64,000 nucleotides of DNA from Mytilus californianus (lineage: Eukaryota), in NCBI RefSeq assembly GCF_021869535.1, contig NW_026262723.1:3472001-3536000 (forward strand), in the 5' to 3' direction. The notes beneath the pieces were generated by a model. It had not been told where the DNA came from and searched no databases. It saw only the letters and a list, made by a program, of their open reading frames with translations. This document shows positions 1 to 11,555 of the stretch, piece after piece (the stretch's first letter is position 1; each line of letters opens with the position of its first letter). The position numbers and the translations under genes are program-made.

Positions 1-59
1 TATAAAATATATAAAAGTGCACAAATTGCATAACATGTTAATTATTAGTCCTTGACTGA

Positions 60-219
60 CAGGGGCGGATCCAGGATAATAGGTTAGGGGGGCTCAAACT
101 TAAAATATTTTGTGGTAAAATTAGCGAGAATTAGGCTGAGGACAACTCATGCTTTGCAAATTTTAGGGGGGGGGGGGGGGGGTGCACGCCCGCCACACCC
201 CCGCCTGAATCCGCCCCTG
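60..219. mobile_element. Non-autonomous TIR MITE (CAG[G/T]GGCGGATCC family), 5-bp TSD
   Basis: Termini CAGGGGCGGATCCAGG / CCTGAATCCGCCCCTG; ACTGA on both flanks (55-59, 220-224); internal poly-G. Confidence 0.85.
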
Positions 220-310
220 ACTGAGCACTGGAAATTATAATTATTGTCTATCTGATTAAATTAATAATAATCCAATACATTCAATGAATAGTAAAATAGA
301 AATTATTTAA

Positions 311-600
311 GGTGGTACCAAACACCTTGAATAAAATTAAATTGGCTCGTTTAATTACATGTATCATAAAATTTTGACAAAAATTTTTATTATGACCCTT
401 TGACAAAAATATAAAACTTTCAAAAAACTTGAACCACACACTTTATCGGAAAAAATTCATTGGATATTTAGCCATGATAGCAGTTTGACAAACACTAATT
501 TTGATCATTGAGAAGCTTAATATTTCCTTAACAATAGAACATGATTAAAATGTTTAGCTGATTTTTACAGAGTTATCTCCCTGTAGTGTTATGTACCACC
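311..600. mobile_element. Kolobok-type MITE with TTAA TSD
   Basis: TTAA|GGTGGTACCAAACAC ... GTGTTATGTACCACC|TTAA; RR..YY termini with a TTAA TSD are typical of Kolobok. Confidence 0.8.
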
Positions 601-632
601 TTAATTATATTGTTATGTGTTCCTTGATGAAG

Positions 633-1490
633 CTATAATTTTGCAGATGAAAGAAGCTTAGTTCTTTCTATTCCATACTTGAACTCTGCAAAGGTAATCT
701 GTTTTTTGTCTTTACAACATGAAAAGAATATTTTAGAATCATCTGAATTGTCTTGCCAGGTATATATCTCAAGTTCATCATCCACAAAACTTTCTCCAAT
801 ATAATTAATAGCAACATGTTCCACATTAAACCAGCACATATCAGTTTTAAAATGGCGATAATATCCTGATGTTGATGCTTTGGTAGCACAGTCCATGAAA
901 AGTTTTAGGTAAGTGGCTTGATTAGAATGCATGTTTTTATCTAGATCACTGTAGCGAACAATAACTTTCCATCGGAAATAGTTTTCAGGTGTTTCAGGAA
1001 GGGTGGTTCTATTTAGGCTGGTATACTTCCCTGTCATTTTGAGGTGAGACAAACTAGTTTGAAACCAGCTTGGAAATGGCAATGACTTCCTAGTCTCTGT
1101 GTTGATCTGTACAAATTTGAGCAAATTCTGAGCAAGTTTTAGTCCAGTCTCTTCATCGTATAGAGCAGTACCGAAGATTATGGAAGAGTTTCCGATCTCC
1201 TTGATGTCCATTAAAAATCTCAATCTGATAGGTGTTTTGTACGTGTATCTATAAACCAGCGGGTTGATGTCTAATATCTGTTTTGTTATTACATGCCCGA
1301 CGTTTTTTGTGAGCAATTTGTCCATATACATGAAGGAATTCGTCATACCAACTGCTCTGTTAGCTTGAAAGAGTAGTGATATCGCCCATATACTCCAATG
1401 CCCTGTCCGGTCGGCGTCAGCGTACGGTATTCCACGAAATGTTACGTCGGACTTTTCTGATGTCACCTCGTTTATTGTATAGTGTGTCAT
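633..1490 (-). CDS. Double-hotdog acyl-CoA/acyl-ACP thioesterase-like protein, 285 aa, intronless CDS, C-terminal PTS1 (AKL)
   Basis: Uninterrupted ORF with two hotdog signatures, GIPYADADRTGH and VRYSDLDKNMHSNQATYL, plus downstream YIGES; ends SSAKL-stop. Confidence 0.85.
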   Translation of the reverse strand: MTHYTINEVTSEKSDVTFRGIPYADADRTGHWSIWAISLLFQANRAVGMTNSFMYMDKLLTKNVGHVITKQILDINPLVYRYTYKTPIRLRFLMDIKEIGNSSIIFGTALYDEETGLKLAQNLLKFVQINTETRKSLPFPSWFQTSLSHLKMTGKYTSLNRTTLPETPENYFRWKVIVRYSDLDKNMHSNQATYLKLFMDCATKASTSGYYRHFKTDMCWFNVEHVAINYIGESFVDDELEIYTWQDNSDDSKIFFSCCKDKKQITFAEFKYGIERTKLLSSAKL

Positions 1491-1989
1491 CTTTCACAAA
1501 TAAGGACACAAATTTATTCCAAACTTGTAAAGCGTCCTATTTTTTGACCGGATATTTTAAGATAGGGGAAGGAAGCTAAAATATATACTATATACATAGC
1601 CGATGCGTTTATATTCCTCCTGCTATAGGTACACACTAAGCCTTTTCTCATTAGTTTCTAAAGTATCTCATTTTTCATATAGGCCTAATAGTAACTTTTA
1701 TTACTAACTGATCATTCAATTTACTTTTGCTTGTTTGTAATAATTCTAATTTTTTTTAATGCGAATCTGAGACTACTATAACACGTGTTATAGTAGTCTC
1801 AGTGCGAATGGTTATTTTTATATCTGGATATTTTTAAAAAGAATATATGTATAATTACAATGTACATGTATAGCTGGAGAAGGACAATTAAAGTATATTG
1901 AATTTTTGAAGACAAGAAATAGTATGATCAGAAACACTCAAACATGTAATACAAATGATTAGGAACTATACAGGCGTAATTTCCGTGAT

Positions 1990-2470
1990 TTCATTGATAA
2001 GGTTAAAACTGGATTTTGATATCTATATCTTTAAAGGGAAGCTTAATACTAAAATTTACGATAAAAGAGATGATTTTTCATTTCCTATTGTTAATTTTCT
2101 GTTTTAGATTGTGAACGGTTCCCTTTGGCACCATCGTATGGTGTTTATATATCTCAACTTGTTCGATTCGCTCTTGTGTATATATGTAACAACGTATTTG
2201 ATCTCTCTTTAACACTGAAAATCATTACACCAGCCTTTTCGATATCACAAACACGTCAAAACTTGTACTACATTTGATCATGATACAAGAACATCATTCG
2301 TAAATATAAATCAACGTGCAGACATCTTATACGTCTATGTATTTCACATCCTATCTTTTATGGTAATATTCTATATAAAGCACAGAATTTTTGTCATTCA
2401 CCTCAAAAGCTAACCAAACCTTTAAACAGACTTATCCAAAAGGGATATAGTTACGATACTGTTGTCAAGT
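1990..2470 (+). mobile_element. Penelope-like RT C-terminal relic (degenerate)
   Basis: Conceptual translation KIYDKRDDFSFPIVNF..PLAPSYGVYISQLVRFA with frameshifts; its 3' end recurs at ~32805-32890. Confidence 0.7.
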
Positions 2471-2953
2471 GACAATTGGCCCATTAGTTTCAAAGGTGAA
2501 TTAATATTTTGGTAAAATTTAACGGACTAAGAACGCTACATATCGAAAAAAGCTAACTTGATCCTTCAGGTCAAGTGAACAACAAAAAACCCACTCTGAT
2601 CCAAACAAAAAAAATATCTGAAACTGACAACAGTAACTTTAACGGTACCACTTTTTCTGCACCATTTCGACAATAAATGTCTCTTCAGTGATGCTCGAGG
2701 CCAAACTATTACAACATCTTAAACTTATTTTAAAAAATGAAGAACTTATAAACCAAAAAGGACAAAAATATAACCAAAGATGGGCAAGGAATTTGAGCTT
2801 TGCATGAAGGAGATATATTATATATACCTTAATTCAAAATAATTTCAAAAATTGCGTAACAACAAATTTTGATAACACAATATCCGTATTTCATGCCAGT
2901 ATCAAAGCACTGGCTACTGGACTAGTGATACCCTCGGGGACTAACAGTCCACT

Positions 2954-3116
2954 CAGTGGCGGATCCAGGGGAAGGAGGGGGGGGGGGGGGGTCCGGGGGT
3001 TGAAACCCCCCTTTTTTTTGGACGATCAATGCATTTGAATGGGGCATATAGTTGGACCCCCCCTTTTATCCTGGGTTAGGAACCTCCCCTTTTATAAATG
3101 GCTGGATCCGCCCCTG
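2954..3116. mobile_element. CAGTGGCGGATCC-family MITE inserted in an older repeat
   Basis: TIRs CAGTGGCGGATCCAG / CTGGATCCGCCCCTG; perfect CCACT TSD (2949-2953, 3117-3121). Confidence 0.9.
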
Positions 3117-3339
3117 CCACTAGCAGAGGTATCGACCCAGTGGTAGTAACAACAACAACATGCTTTATTTTTGTATCGACAACATCTTTATTATGTTTAC
3201 AGAATGTGCTTCTCACACACAATTTGCATTCCAACTGTAATCATCTTCTTTTTGTCTTTTTTCGTTTTTTCAGATGAAGCAGACCTCATACAGCAGCTTT
3301 TTTGGGAAGAATTAAAAGAAGCTAGCATTATCCCGTAAC

Positions 3340-3480
3340 CTCACGTTCCGCTCCTTACATTAAACAATTCAAAGTATGGTGACTATGATATATGCATCTA
3401 ACCGATCAAACTTGAAACAAACTTAAGGATACCACAGATACAGTTATGTCTGCCTCATATATTTAGAATTAAATTTAGAG
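3340..3480 (+). mobile_element. Penelope-like RT fragment
   Basis: Degenerate LNNSKYGDY..IYPIKLE.KDTTDTVMSASY, the region just after the RT YIDD motif. Confidence 0.55.
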
Positions 3481-3793
3481 GTTTTCAATGCGGTTCGGAT
3501 GAGAACTAATTGTCAACATGGTAATGCGGGTCAGATGAGAACTAATAGTCAACATGGTAATGCGGATCGGGTAAGAAATAATTGGCAACTTGGTAATGCG
3601 GATCGGATGAGAAATAATTGTCAGCATGGTAATGCGGGTCGGGTGAGAAATAATTGTCAACATGGTAATGTGGGTCGGGTGAGAACTAATTATCAACATG
3701 GTAATGCGGTGAGAAATAATTGTAAACATGGTAATGCGGTTCGGATGAGAAATAATTGTCAACATGGTAATGCGGGTCGGATGAGAAATAATT
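3481..3793. repeat. 36-bp tandem minisatellite, ~8-9 units
   Basis: Unit GAGAAATAATTGTCAACATGGTAATGCGGGTCGGAT; the last unit resumes at 4549 after an insertion. Confidence 0.9.
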
Positions 3794-4400
3794 TTATCCC
3801 CGGCTTAGTATATTTCTAGGAGTTTGATTGGTTAACGCACGTCGTTACAAAACCCATAGCCCCTGGGTGTTGCTAACCCATATCCCCGGACGTTGCTATC
3901 CATTACATCGGGGAATTTCACGCGCGTTTTCCTTTGTTCCATGGTTGTTCCTTATGAAATATCGAATTCTGTAGATTTTCCATGATGTCTGTATAATTAA
4001 ATACTTAATCCACTAACGATTTTATCTTATTATATCGACTAGTTGCACTCATTTTAGTAAATGCATCACTATGCAGCCACATTGTCAATGAATGGTACTA
4101 CTGACCTAGCTATGCAAATGACCCACGTTGACGTCACACCGTTTATGATGAAACTCTCACAACATTGCGCGCCAAATTCGACCCATTTCAGTTTCTCTGT
4201 CTCTAGTTTAAAAACGTCTTATATTTGTCTACCTGTAGGGTTCTACCAAAGGTAGTACCCTACACCCCGTTAAAAATATGTCAAATTCCCAAATTTCAAT
4301 AAAAGATATTTAAAAAATGAAAAAAACGTTGCTTTCACGTTAAACTTTATGGTCGAATTTCTCTAAAAATCGCCAGATTTAGACTAAGACCGGGGATAAA
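3793..4400. mobile_element. ~600-bp non-coding TIR element
   Basis: Left TTTATCCCCGGCTTAGT; right ACTAAGACCGGGGATAAA (inverted, 1-nt gap). Confidence 0.6.
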
Positions 4401-4403
4401 TTC

Positions 4404-4543
4404 GTTATCTACGTTCATATCCGTAGATATGGATATTTTAACACCCTTCAGTACCCTGTACACCCTTCGGCTGCGCCTCAGGGTGTACTTGGATACTTCA
4501 GGATGTTAAAATATCCATATCTACGGATATGAACATAGATAAC
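4404..4543. repeat. 140-bp fold-back palindrome
   Basis: Arms GTTATCTACGTTCATATCCGTAGATATGGATATTTTAAC.. / ..GTTAAAATATCCATATCTACGGATATGAACATAGATAAC; centre TTCGGCTGCGCCTC. Confidence 0.9.
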
Positions 4544-5094
4544 TTATAGTCAACATGGTAATGCATTTTTGCCTTTTAATATTAAAAACTTGAAAACTAT
4601 GATAGATAGACGGAAACTTTAAATAGCGAAACTGAGTCAGCAAGATAAGATCTACAAAAAACGTCAATTGTAAAATTATATATACATTTATACTTCCAAC
4701 GATACATATACAGTAAATTAAAAATGAGATAATGTATTGAATATTAAAAAAGCGGAGAAAACTATGTATCTTTTTTCTTTGTATAAATTGCTACTTTCCA
4801 AAATTTACAAAAAAGATATAATTTCAGCTTCATGTTTTGAACTTTCCATTTCTTTGTAGCAACATCCTAGCAGCGCTAGCATATTGGGTATAAATCTTAG
4901 TTTGCGTTTCTTATCATGGTTTCCTTGATAGAGGATTGTTGCTTACAAAAGGAAGCTATTGAACCGAGGGTTCGTAGTGGTAAAGTTGAAAACAGCCTAT
5001 GGAAAGTTTTTAATTTATGGACGCCATTATGATTGGGTTGACCGTTATGCATATGGAATATGTATGTCGGTAATGGGATGTATATAAATACGGA

Positions 5095-5358
5095 TATTGT
5101 TTTATTGAAATTTGGTGATTTAACGCCACTTTTAAGCACCGCTTTTGGGCTATTTCGTGGCGGCCAGTTTTTATTAGTGGAGGAAGCCGGAGTGCCCGGA
5201 GAAAACCACCGACCTTCGATAAGAAAACTGACAATCCTAGTCAATTAAGATTGGAGTCGAGTGCACCCGCACGAGCGGGGTTCGAACTCACAACCTCAGT
5301 GTTGACTGGCTAGTGATTACAGTAGTAACTACTTAGACCACTCGGCCACCGAGGCCCC
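5095..5358 (-). mobile_element. tRNA-headed V-domain SINE, full length
   Basis: Minus strand GGGGCCTCGGTGGCCGAGTGG (A box) ... GAGTTCGAACCC (B box) ... GGTTTTCTCCGGGCACTCCGGCTTCCTCC (V domain). Confidence 0.8.
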
Positions 5359-6127
5359 TGTGAAATAAGTGAACGTATATCCCTCATTCATAGCTCTGAT
5401 ATTTTGTCCGCGTGCTTTTGGTGTTTTTTGTTTTGTTTTATCAGCTCTACAACGTTTGCGTTAGGTTTTGGATATTCAAATATTTAAAAGTATCACGGAG
5501 GAGACATCGATTGTCAACATGCGCATCTGTACGTGCAGTATAATTGGTACATTCAATAAATCTTACCACAGATGACCACAGATGACCATGGATATGTCCA
5601 ATTTGCCGTAGCCACAATCCTGTCCTTTTGTTTCAGATTCTAATAGCACCAAAAGAGAATTTTTACTGTACATGAATAACAAGATAGAAGCCAGATTTTG
5701 AGGAGAATTTGTTTAACTTTCTGGAGCAATTGAGAAAATCCTCGGTGCAGTTGCGAAACCGAAATGATAGTAGTACCCTGAACGTAGACAGATTTCATAC
5801 AGACTAGAACAAAAACATGAACTTGCGCAATTCCCATGGTCATTGTTTATGCATTAATTTAGAACTCTTCGAGCTGCATCTGACAATTATAAAATGATAT
5901 TTATGCACTTATTCTTCCAAAGAGACATGTACTGTTAATTGAAAACTTATGAAAATGAGATGAATTTATTGAATGTTAAAAAAAGGGAGAAACAATCATT
6001 ATGGATCTTTTTCTTTGTTTAAATTTTATTTCTCGAAATTCCATTCACAGAATATGTATTAAAAATAATGTTATTTACTCAATCAGTAAATGTATTAGTT
6101 GTTTTTTGTGTTTCGTGCCAATATGAT

Positions 6128-6510
6128 GAGTCAAGCCACTTCCAACTGATTGTTCTTATGTTGGGCTGTTACACCACTGTTTTGCTTAGACTATGTGAGA
6201 GTTGAGCGCTCACAAACATGCTTAACCCAGCCACATTCTATATGTGCCTGTCGCAAGTGAGGTGCCTGTAATTCAGTGGTTTTCGCTGATTGCTGTCTGT
6301 CATATATATATTTTTTTTTTTCATTTATTGTTTGTCATAAATCAGGCCTTTGTTTATTTTTCGTTTGAATTGTTTCACATTTTGTGGTTTCTGGGGCCTT
6401 TTATAGCTGACTATATAAACGCAATGAGTTTTGCTCATTGTTGAGGCCGTACGGTGACCAATAATGACCTAAGGACTCATGAGAATAGTTGTCTCATTGG
6501 CAATCATAAA
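6128..6510 (-). repeat. Abundant interspersed repeat family (ATAAGAAGATGTGGTATGA[G/T]TGCCAATGAGACAACT)
   Basis: Related copies at ~11860-12330(+), 19250-19670(-), 19680-19810(+), 28965-29210(+), 43945-44095(+), 47520-47740(+), 58050-58280(+). Confidence 0.65.
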
Positions 6511-7329
6511 TACTACGTCTTCTAATTTTTTAAAGACAATAGATAGCGGATTGCAGAATCCCTTCACTTTGACTGACTGAAATTATTGTCATAGGTTGAA
6601 CTACGAACAAAACACAAAAAATGGCGAGAAATATTGAAAGTGTAAACATGTTGTACACAATTTTTCAGCATTCAACTGTCTTGTCCATGGTTATTTTAAG
6701 GTGGCAGAATTAGGCCATGAAGGAAAACGTTTAAGCTTGAATCAACATCATATAAGTTATAAATCCAGGTCTATATTGATTAAGTGTGTGACTATTATTC
6801 ATAAAAAAATAGCTCATGTAAGATCACATATAATTGAGCGGGGAGCGCCAGAAGAATAAGACCCGATAGCAATCAAACAGCGCTCCTTTTGTTAGCTGTA
6901 TACTGTAAATAAATTGACAGAGTTTGTATTTGTATAAACCAAGGAATTATGATCGATCTATAACGTGACTACAATGGAAACCAGCTCTTCACAGGAAATG
7001 CATGAACATTTTTCTTGATTTAAAACAATTCTTTCCATTTATAATTTACTTCTACCGCTTTATTTATCCGGTTGAGAATCTTAATTTAATGATAGAAACT
7101 GTATGAATGAATTCAAATCAACAATTGACGCTATTTCTGGACACAATTCCTGTGCAATCAAAAAGTGTATACCAGCGAGGCTAAGTAGAAAAATAATGCG
7201 AATATAAATCGTCCCGAACATGTCAAACAAAATGAATTCACTTAAATTAGTTGGTTCACATTATAAATTATCAAGAAAAAAAATGATTTTGGATTCGTAC
7301 TGAAGTATTGACCAAAACAAGCAAACCCT

Positions 7330-8130
7330 ACAACATATACACAGTAAACGGACTTGCTCCACCAATGATACTGTGAAAAAGCGATTACAAGAGCTTCGGG
7401 GTCACCTTAAAAATCGGGGCTACAAATCAGAAGGTAGTTCTAACAACATCAGCCGAGATCAATTTTTACAATATAAAGAGGAAAAGGTCCACAAAAGAGT
7501 CCCGTTTGTACTTACTTACCATCCTAAATTTGACAAATCTTCAAACCTTATCCGCGAAAAATGGAAGGAAATCGAAAAACATCCTAACCTATCCAAGATC
7601 TTTCCCGAGCCACCCGTATTGGCTTTTCGTATGCCTTAAGAACTTGCTAGTGAGAGATGATTTATATTCTCTGAACCAGGCTCTTCGTCAGCGGGCTCTG
7701 GGAAGGGTTGCGGGAACAAACGATGCCTGACTTGCAAGCAAATACTGAATAACCAGACTTTTAACAGTCACTCCACTTGTACGGAATGCACCATATTTTG
7801 CAATGTTACTTGCAAGACTACAAATATTATGTATCTTCTACAGTGTAAATGTGGTAAACAGTATATATGTTAATTGGTGAGTCAGAACTGCTATTTTACA
7901 AACGTATAAACGGCCATCGTAGTAACTATAAATGTAAACCAATTTGAAATCTTCCTCTCAGTCGACATTTGTGATCCTCTTGCCACACTAAGACAGATCT
8001 CAATCGACTGAACATTACCATCACAGACCACATCACTGCTTAGTCTAGGGAGGAGAGAATCACTCGGGAAAGATTTTGGATAAGAAAATTAAAACGTTGG
8101 CACCAAATAGGATCAATAAAGAGGTGTAGT
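7330..8130 (+). mobile_element. Penelope-like element 3' part: thumb/linker plus GIY-YIG endonuclease, pseudogenised
   Basis: RVPFVLTYHPKF..IFPEPPVLAFR; C..C linker; NIMYLLQCKCGKQYI..GES (GIY-YIG); terminal REDFWIRK..TLAPN.INK; stops and frameshifts present. Confidence 0.85.
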
Positions 8131-8504
8131 TCAAATCGCACAGTGCTAACCAACTAGTTGGGTGCGTTGGTTTCATTTAGGATGCACAGATACACAGTTC
8201 CGTAGAAAATATTAAATTTGCATGAATTTGGAAATTTAAGAATTTTACAAGCGTGGTTCCGTTTTTAATTTGTATTACATTGAAGACTGTTTTAGTAAAA
8301 TCAGAATAGATTGATAAGATTCATTTTAAATCATATAGATGAAAGAGAACTGCATGTAACTGTTATCCGAAATATTTATTGATACTTGTATTTACTGTTT
8401 CCTTTTTTAATATTGATGTTGGTGTTGTTTTGTTCACCTTTTCAAGCGTGTATAGAAAACATAATTATTGTGTACAGTATCGTTTTTTATAACAATCCAG
8501 CACA

Positions 8505-8762
8505 AATCTCAGTGTGTAATTCTAAATTCTCAGTGTGTAATTTCATATTCTTAGTGTGTGTTTTTCAGTTTATTTCATCTCGGTGTGCCTTTTTGAAATC
8601 TCTGTGTAATTTTCAATTCTCGGTGTGTGTTTTTCATTTTTTGTAATCTCAGTGCGTCTGTATGAAATCTCAGTGTGAAATTTTGTCATTTTTAATTCTC
8701 AGTGTGTGTCTTTAGGTTTTTTAATCTCAGTGGTTTTTTTTTAATCTCAGTGTGTAAATTTT
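8505..8762. repeat. Degenerate tandem of (A/T)CTC(A/G)GTGTG motif, ~12 copies
   Basis: AATCTCAGTGTGT-like core recurs every ~17-27 bp. Confidence 0.7.
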
Positions 8763-10064
8763 TCGAAAAATAGTTTTGACGAGAACGGCTTAATTTCCCA
8801 TACAGCGCCCTTGTTCTTCAAACTTTTGGAAAAAGATATCAATAAAAGCTGGTTGAAAACAAAACCAAAACCAAGAATAAAATGAAAATTCACGGCTAAA
8901 AATGATAATTGAAATAATTATAATACGTGAATTGAACACACGAAACAGTACAAGATGTCTGGAATGAAATCTTTGTCAATTATCAAAACATTTTTGGGGG
9001 TATTTAGGAAAACACAAATATACGTGCATTTCAACACAGTATCTAAAATATACAAAAATAGGACAGACCCTTTTCATTTTTATCATTTGTTGGGATAATA
9101 ATTTAATAAAAGAAATAACTCAATCAAGTAAAAAATCACATGCATGGATGCAAATATTGCTTTTTTCAGTCCAGGTTAATATTATAGAAGTAAAAGCAAT
9201 TAACACCTTTACTAGCATATTTTCGTTTCGGAAATTTATAGGACTTAGAATAAAATATGGGAAATTTTAAAATAAAGAAAATCTAGGATCATTTGACAGT
9301 CGACAAGGAGAGTCCCAGTAGCAGCAAAAATAAAATAAAAAATAAAAATGCGGAACCCACATGCATTACAAAACCGTGAACAGAAACGTAATCAAAACAA
9401 TGAAATCACTAACTAAATTATTGAGTCTTTGGTATAAACACCACACATACTTCCTTGATAGCTGGCGATAATTTCTCTACTCTTGGCTGAGTTACGTATT
9501 TAATGTGTTTCTCCCTTACGAACTCATTTAATTTTCAAAATAACTATCATTTAACATCCTTATTGTCAGGGCTGTTATTTATTTCATTTTCCCTTATCAG
9601 GTATTATTTCATATCGGTTAAGAATTAGCTTCTCTTATTGGATAACAAGGGGCCACATGACATTCTTTATTCTTCAGTTATAATTTCTATCGGTCTTTAA
9701 CAGAAAAAAAAACGGACCAGAAAACCGGTCGTTAACAGACTTTTACATGTAAATGACCGGTGGGGCGTGGTTTCTCTGTTGATAGAGATGTCCCTTTAAT
9801 AAAACATTTTCCTGTTTTCAATTTTATATTGAAGTTGTTGAATTGTTTACCATATATTTTCGTTAATTATAAAATTATAGAAAACTTTATTTTGTTTTTA
9901 AAAGTACACTTACATGAATGGCAGTGACTTATACATTTTTTGTAGTTATCACTATGGCTGGTCTTCACTCTTTCCTATAGAAATCGTTCAATAACTGAGT
10001 TTGTTTTGAACAATTTGAGTTTATGAGAATTTTTAAAAACATGGTTCCTCAATGAAATAAACAG

Positions 10065-10246
10065 AATAGTTATTGAAGAACTGGTCATTATCGTGATACA
10101 TGGACTGCCCGTAGGACAGTGGTATTGACTGCGACAGCGACAATGACCTCGCCTACGACTCAGTCATTGTAGCTGTCTTAGTCAATACCACTGTCCTTTG
10201 GGCAGTCCATATATCACGATAATGACCAGTTTTTTCAATAACTATT
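10065..10246. repeat. 182-bp fold-back palindrome
   Basis: AATAGTTATTGAAGAACTGGTCATTATCGTGATA.. / ..TATCACGATAATGACCAGTTTTTTCAATAACTATT; centre TCGCCTACGACTC. Confidence 0.9.
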
Positions 10247-10854
10247 ATGTAATTAATGGCACTTCGTTCGGAAAGAAAATTATTCGAGAAGCGGTGAAAA
10301 GGCATGGATATCTATTTTTGTAGAAGGTAATTTATTTTTGTTTTTCAGTAAAAAAAAATCATTCAAATCCTGCATACTTTCTTTCTCTCTCTCCTAATGA
10401 AAAAAAGGTTACTTTCGATTGAGATTAGTGACTAATTTTGACAATTTTGCACAACCTGTAGCGAGAAAAAAAGCTTGGTGACCCATACATTTTGACAAAT
10501 TATTAAAAAATTCTATGGATTTTAACTAAGACTGTTTGGTTGTGCTTGATGTATAAATACACAGCCACGTCTAGTTGAAAAGAGATATACAAGTTATGTT
10601 GTTTATAGAGACACATTGGAAAACCCTGCAACATATTTATCAGGTTACTTGACATTAATATATCGATTTCTCATAATATCTAAGGATTGTCACAACACTG
10701 TCGTCAAACATATTATTTCATCTTTTATCTGAAGACTCACATGTCATAATATGCTTTCATTTCACGTTTAAAAAGTGTCTAGATATACCTTTTTGAAGTC
10801 ATGCATTATTTTTTTTAAGATGATGTTGAGGAGGAGGAGGAGGAGGGGGATGAA

Positions 10855-11555
10855 TTGGTTTTTAACGTCCAGTGTCAAATATTACAGGAATATCGAGACG
10901 AAGACATGCTTATAGCGATATAATTATAAACCCTGCGTTGCCATACATTTTTACGTGCTAGTTGAAAAGGTAACAAACAACCCGCAGGAAGTTATGTCGC
11001 TATACCCGGACATATTATTTGTCACGTGACTCTAATCCATCCAGGTTTGCTCTTACTCTTAAATGTCGCGTGCTTAGCAGATTGATTGATTGATTGATTG
11101 TTGGTTGCTTAACGCACAGTGGCAAATATTTCATGCATATTCAGGACGAGAACAAATTAACATTAAATACAATAGGTAGGTTCTGTAATAGAGGCGTCCG
11201 GGATTAAGGTCGGAGAAATTTAGACTGCCACTGGAAATGAGGGTATATTGGATAGGGACAGAAATTTAGCCTTGCAACAGGTCACCTACGGACCCCTCAA
11301 AGAGTTGTTGCAAGGGTTCTTAACGTGCAAAGAGCGTGGCACTCTCTTTACACGAGGCATCGGATTTGACGTCCCCATCTGACCGGACGTGGCTGCAAAT
11401 TTGTACATCCCGAACAAATGGACGCCCCACTTTGGCGAGGGTTTTACTGCCGGTCGGAGGAAGACCAATGGTGACCATACTTTGATCCCCCAGTCACCCT
11501 TGGGGTCGTGCTTAGCAGAGAAGCAGCATGTATACCATTTTTTTAGTCTTTGAAA
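10855..11555 (-). mobile_element. Meta-domain-like SINE, split by a nested SINE
   Basis: GTTTGCTCTTACTCTTAAATGTCGCGTGCTTAGCAG at 11045-11080 continues as AGAAGCAGC..TACCATTTT..AGTCTTTG after 11518. Other fragments at ~16730-16885(-) and ~20470-20705(+). Confidence 0.65.
11081..11506 (-). mobile_element. Deu/Nin-domain-like SINE with (CAAT)n tail and 12-bp TSD
   Basis: TSD CGTGCTTAGCAG at 11069-11080 and 11507-11518; minus strand carries GCACGTTAAGAACCC; (ATTG)n tail at 11081-11100. Confidence 0.75.

Noticed and set aside
633-1490. Bacterial contamination as the source of the thioesterase
   Set aside because: It is flanked by host MITEs and Penelope relics, has host-like AT content and carries a eukaryotic PTS1.
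3475-3819. ORFs 3499..3819(+) and 3475..3765(-); possible CRISPR-like array
   Set aside because: These are translations of a 36-bp head-to-tail minisatellite; there are no unique spacers and no cas genes.
5095-5358. Possible tRNA gene
   Set aside because: The A/B boxes belong to a SINE head; there is no closed cloverleaf, and the sequence continues into the V domain and tail.
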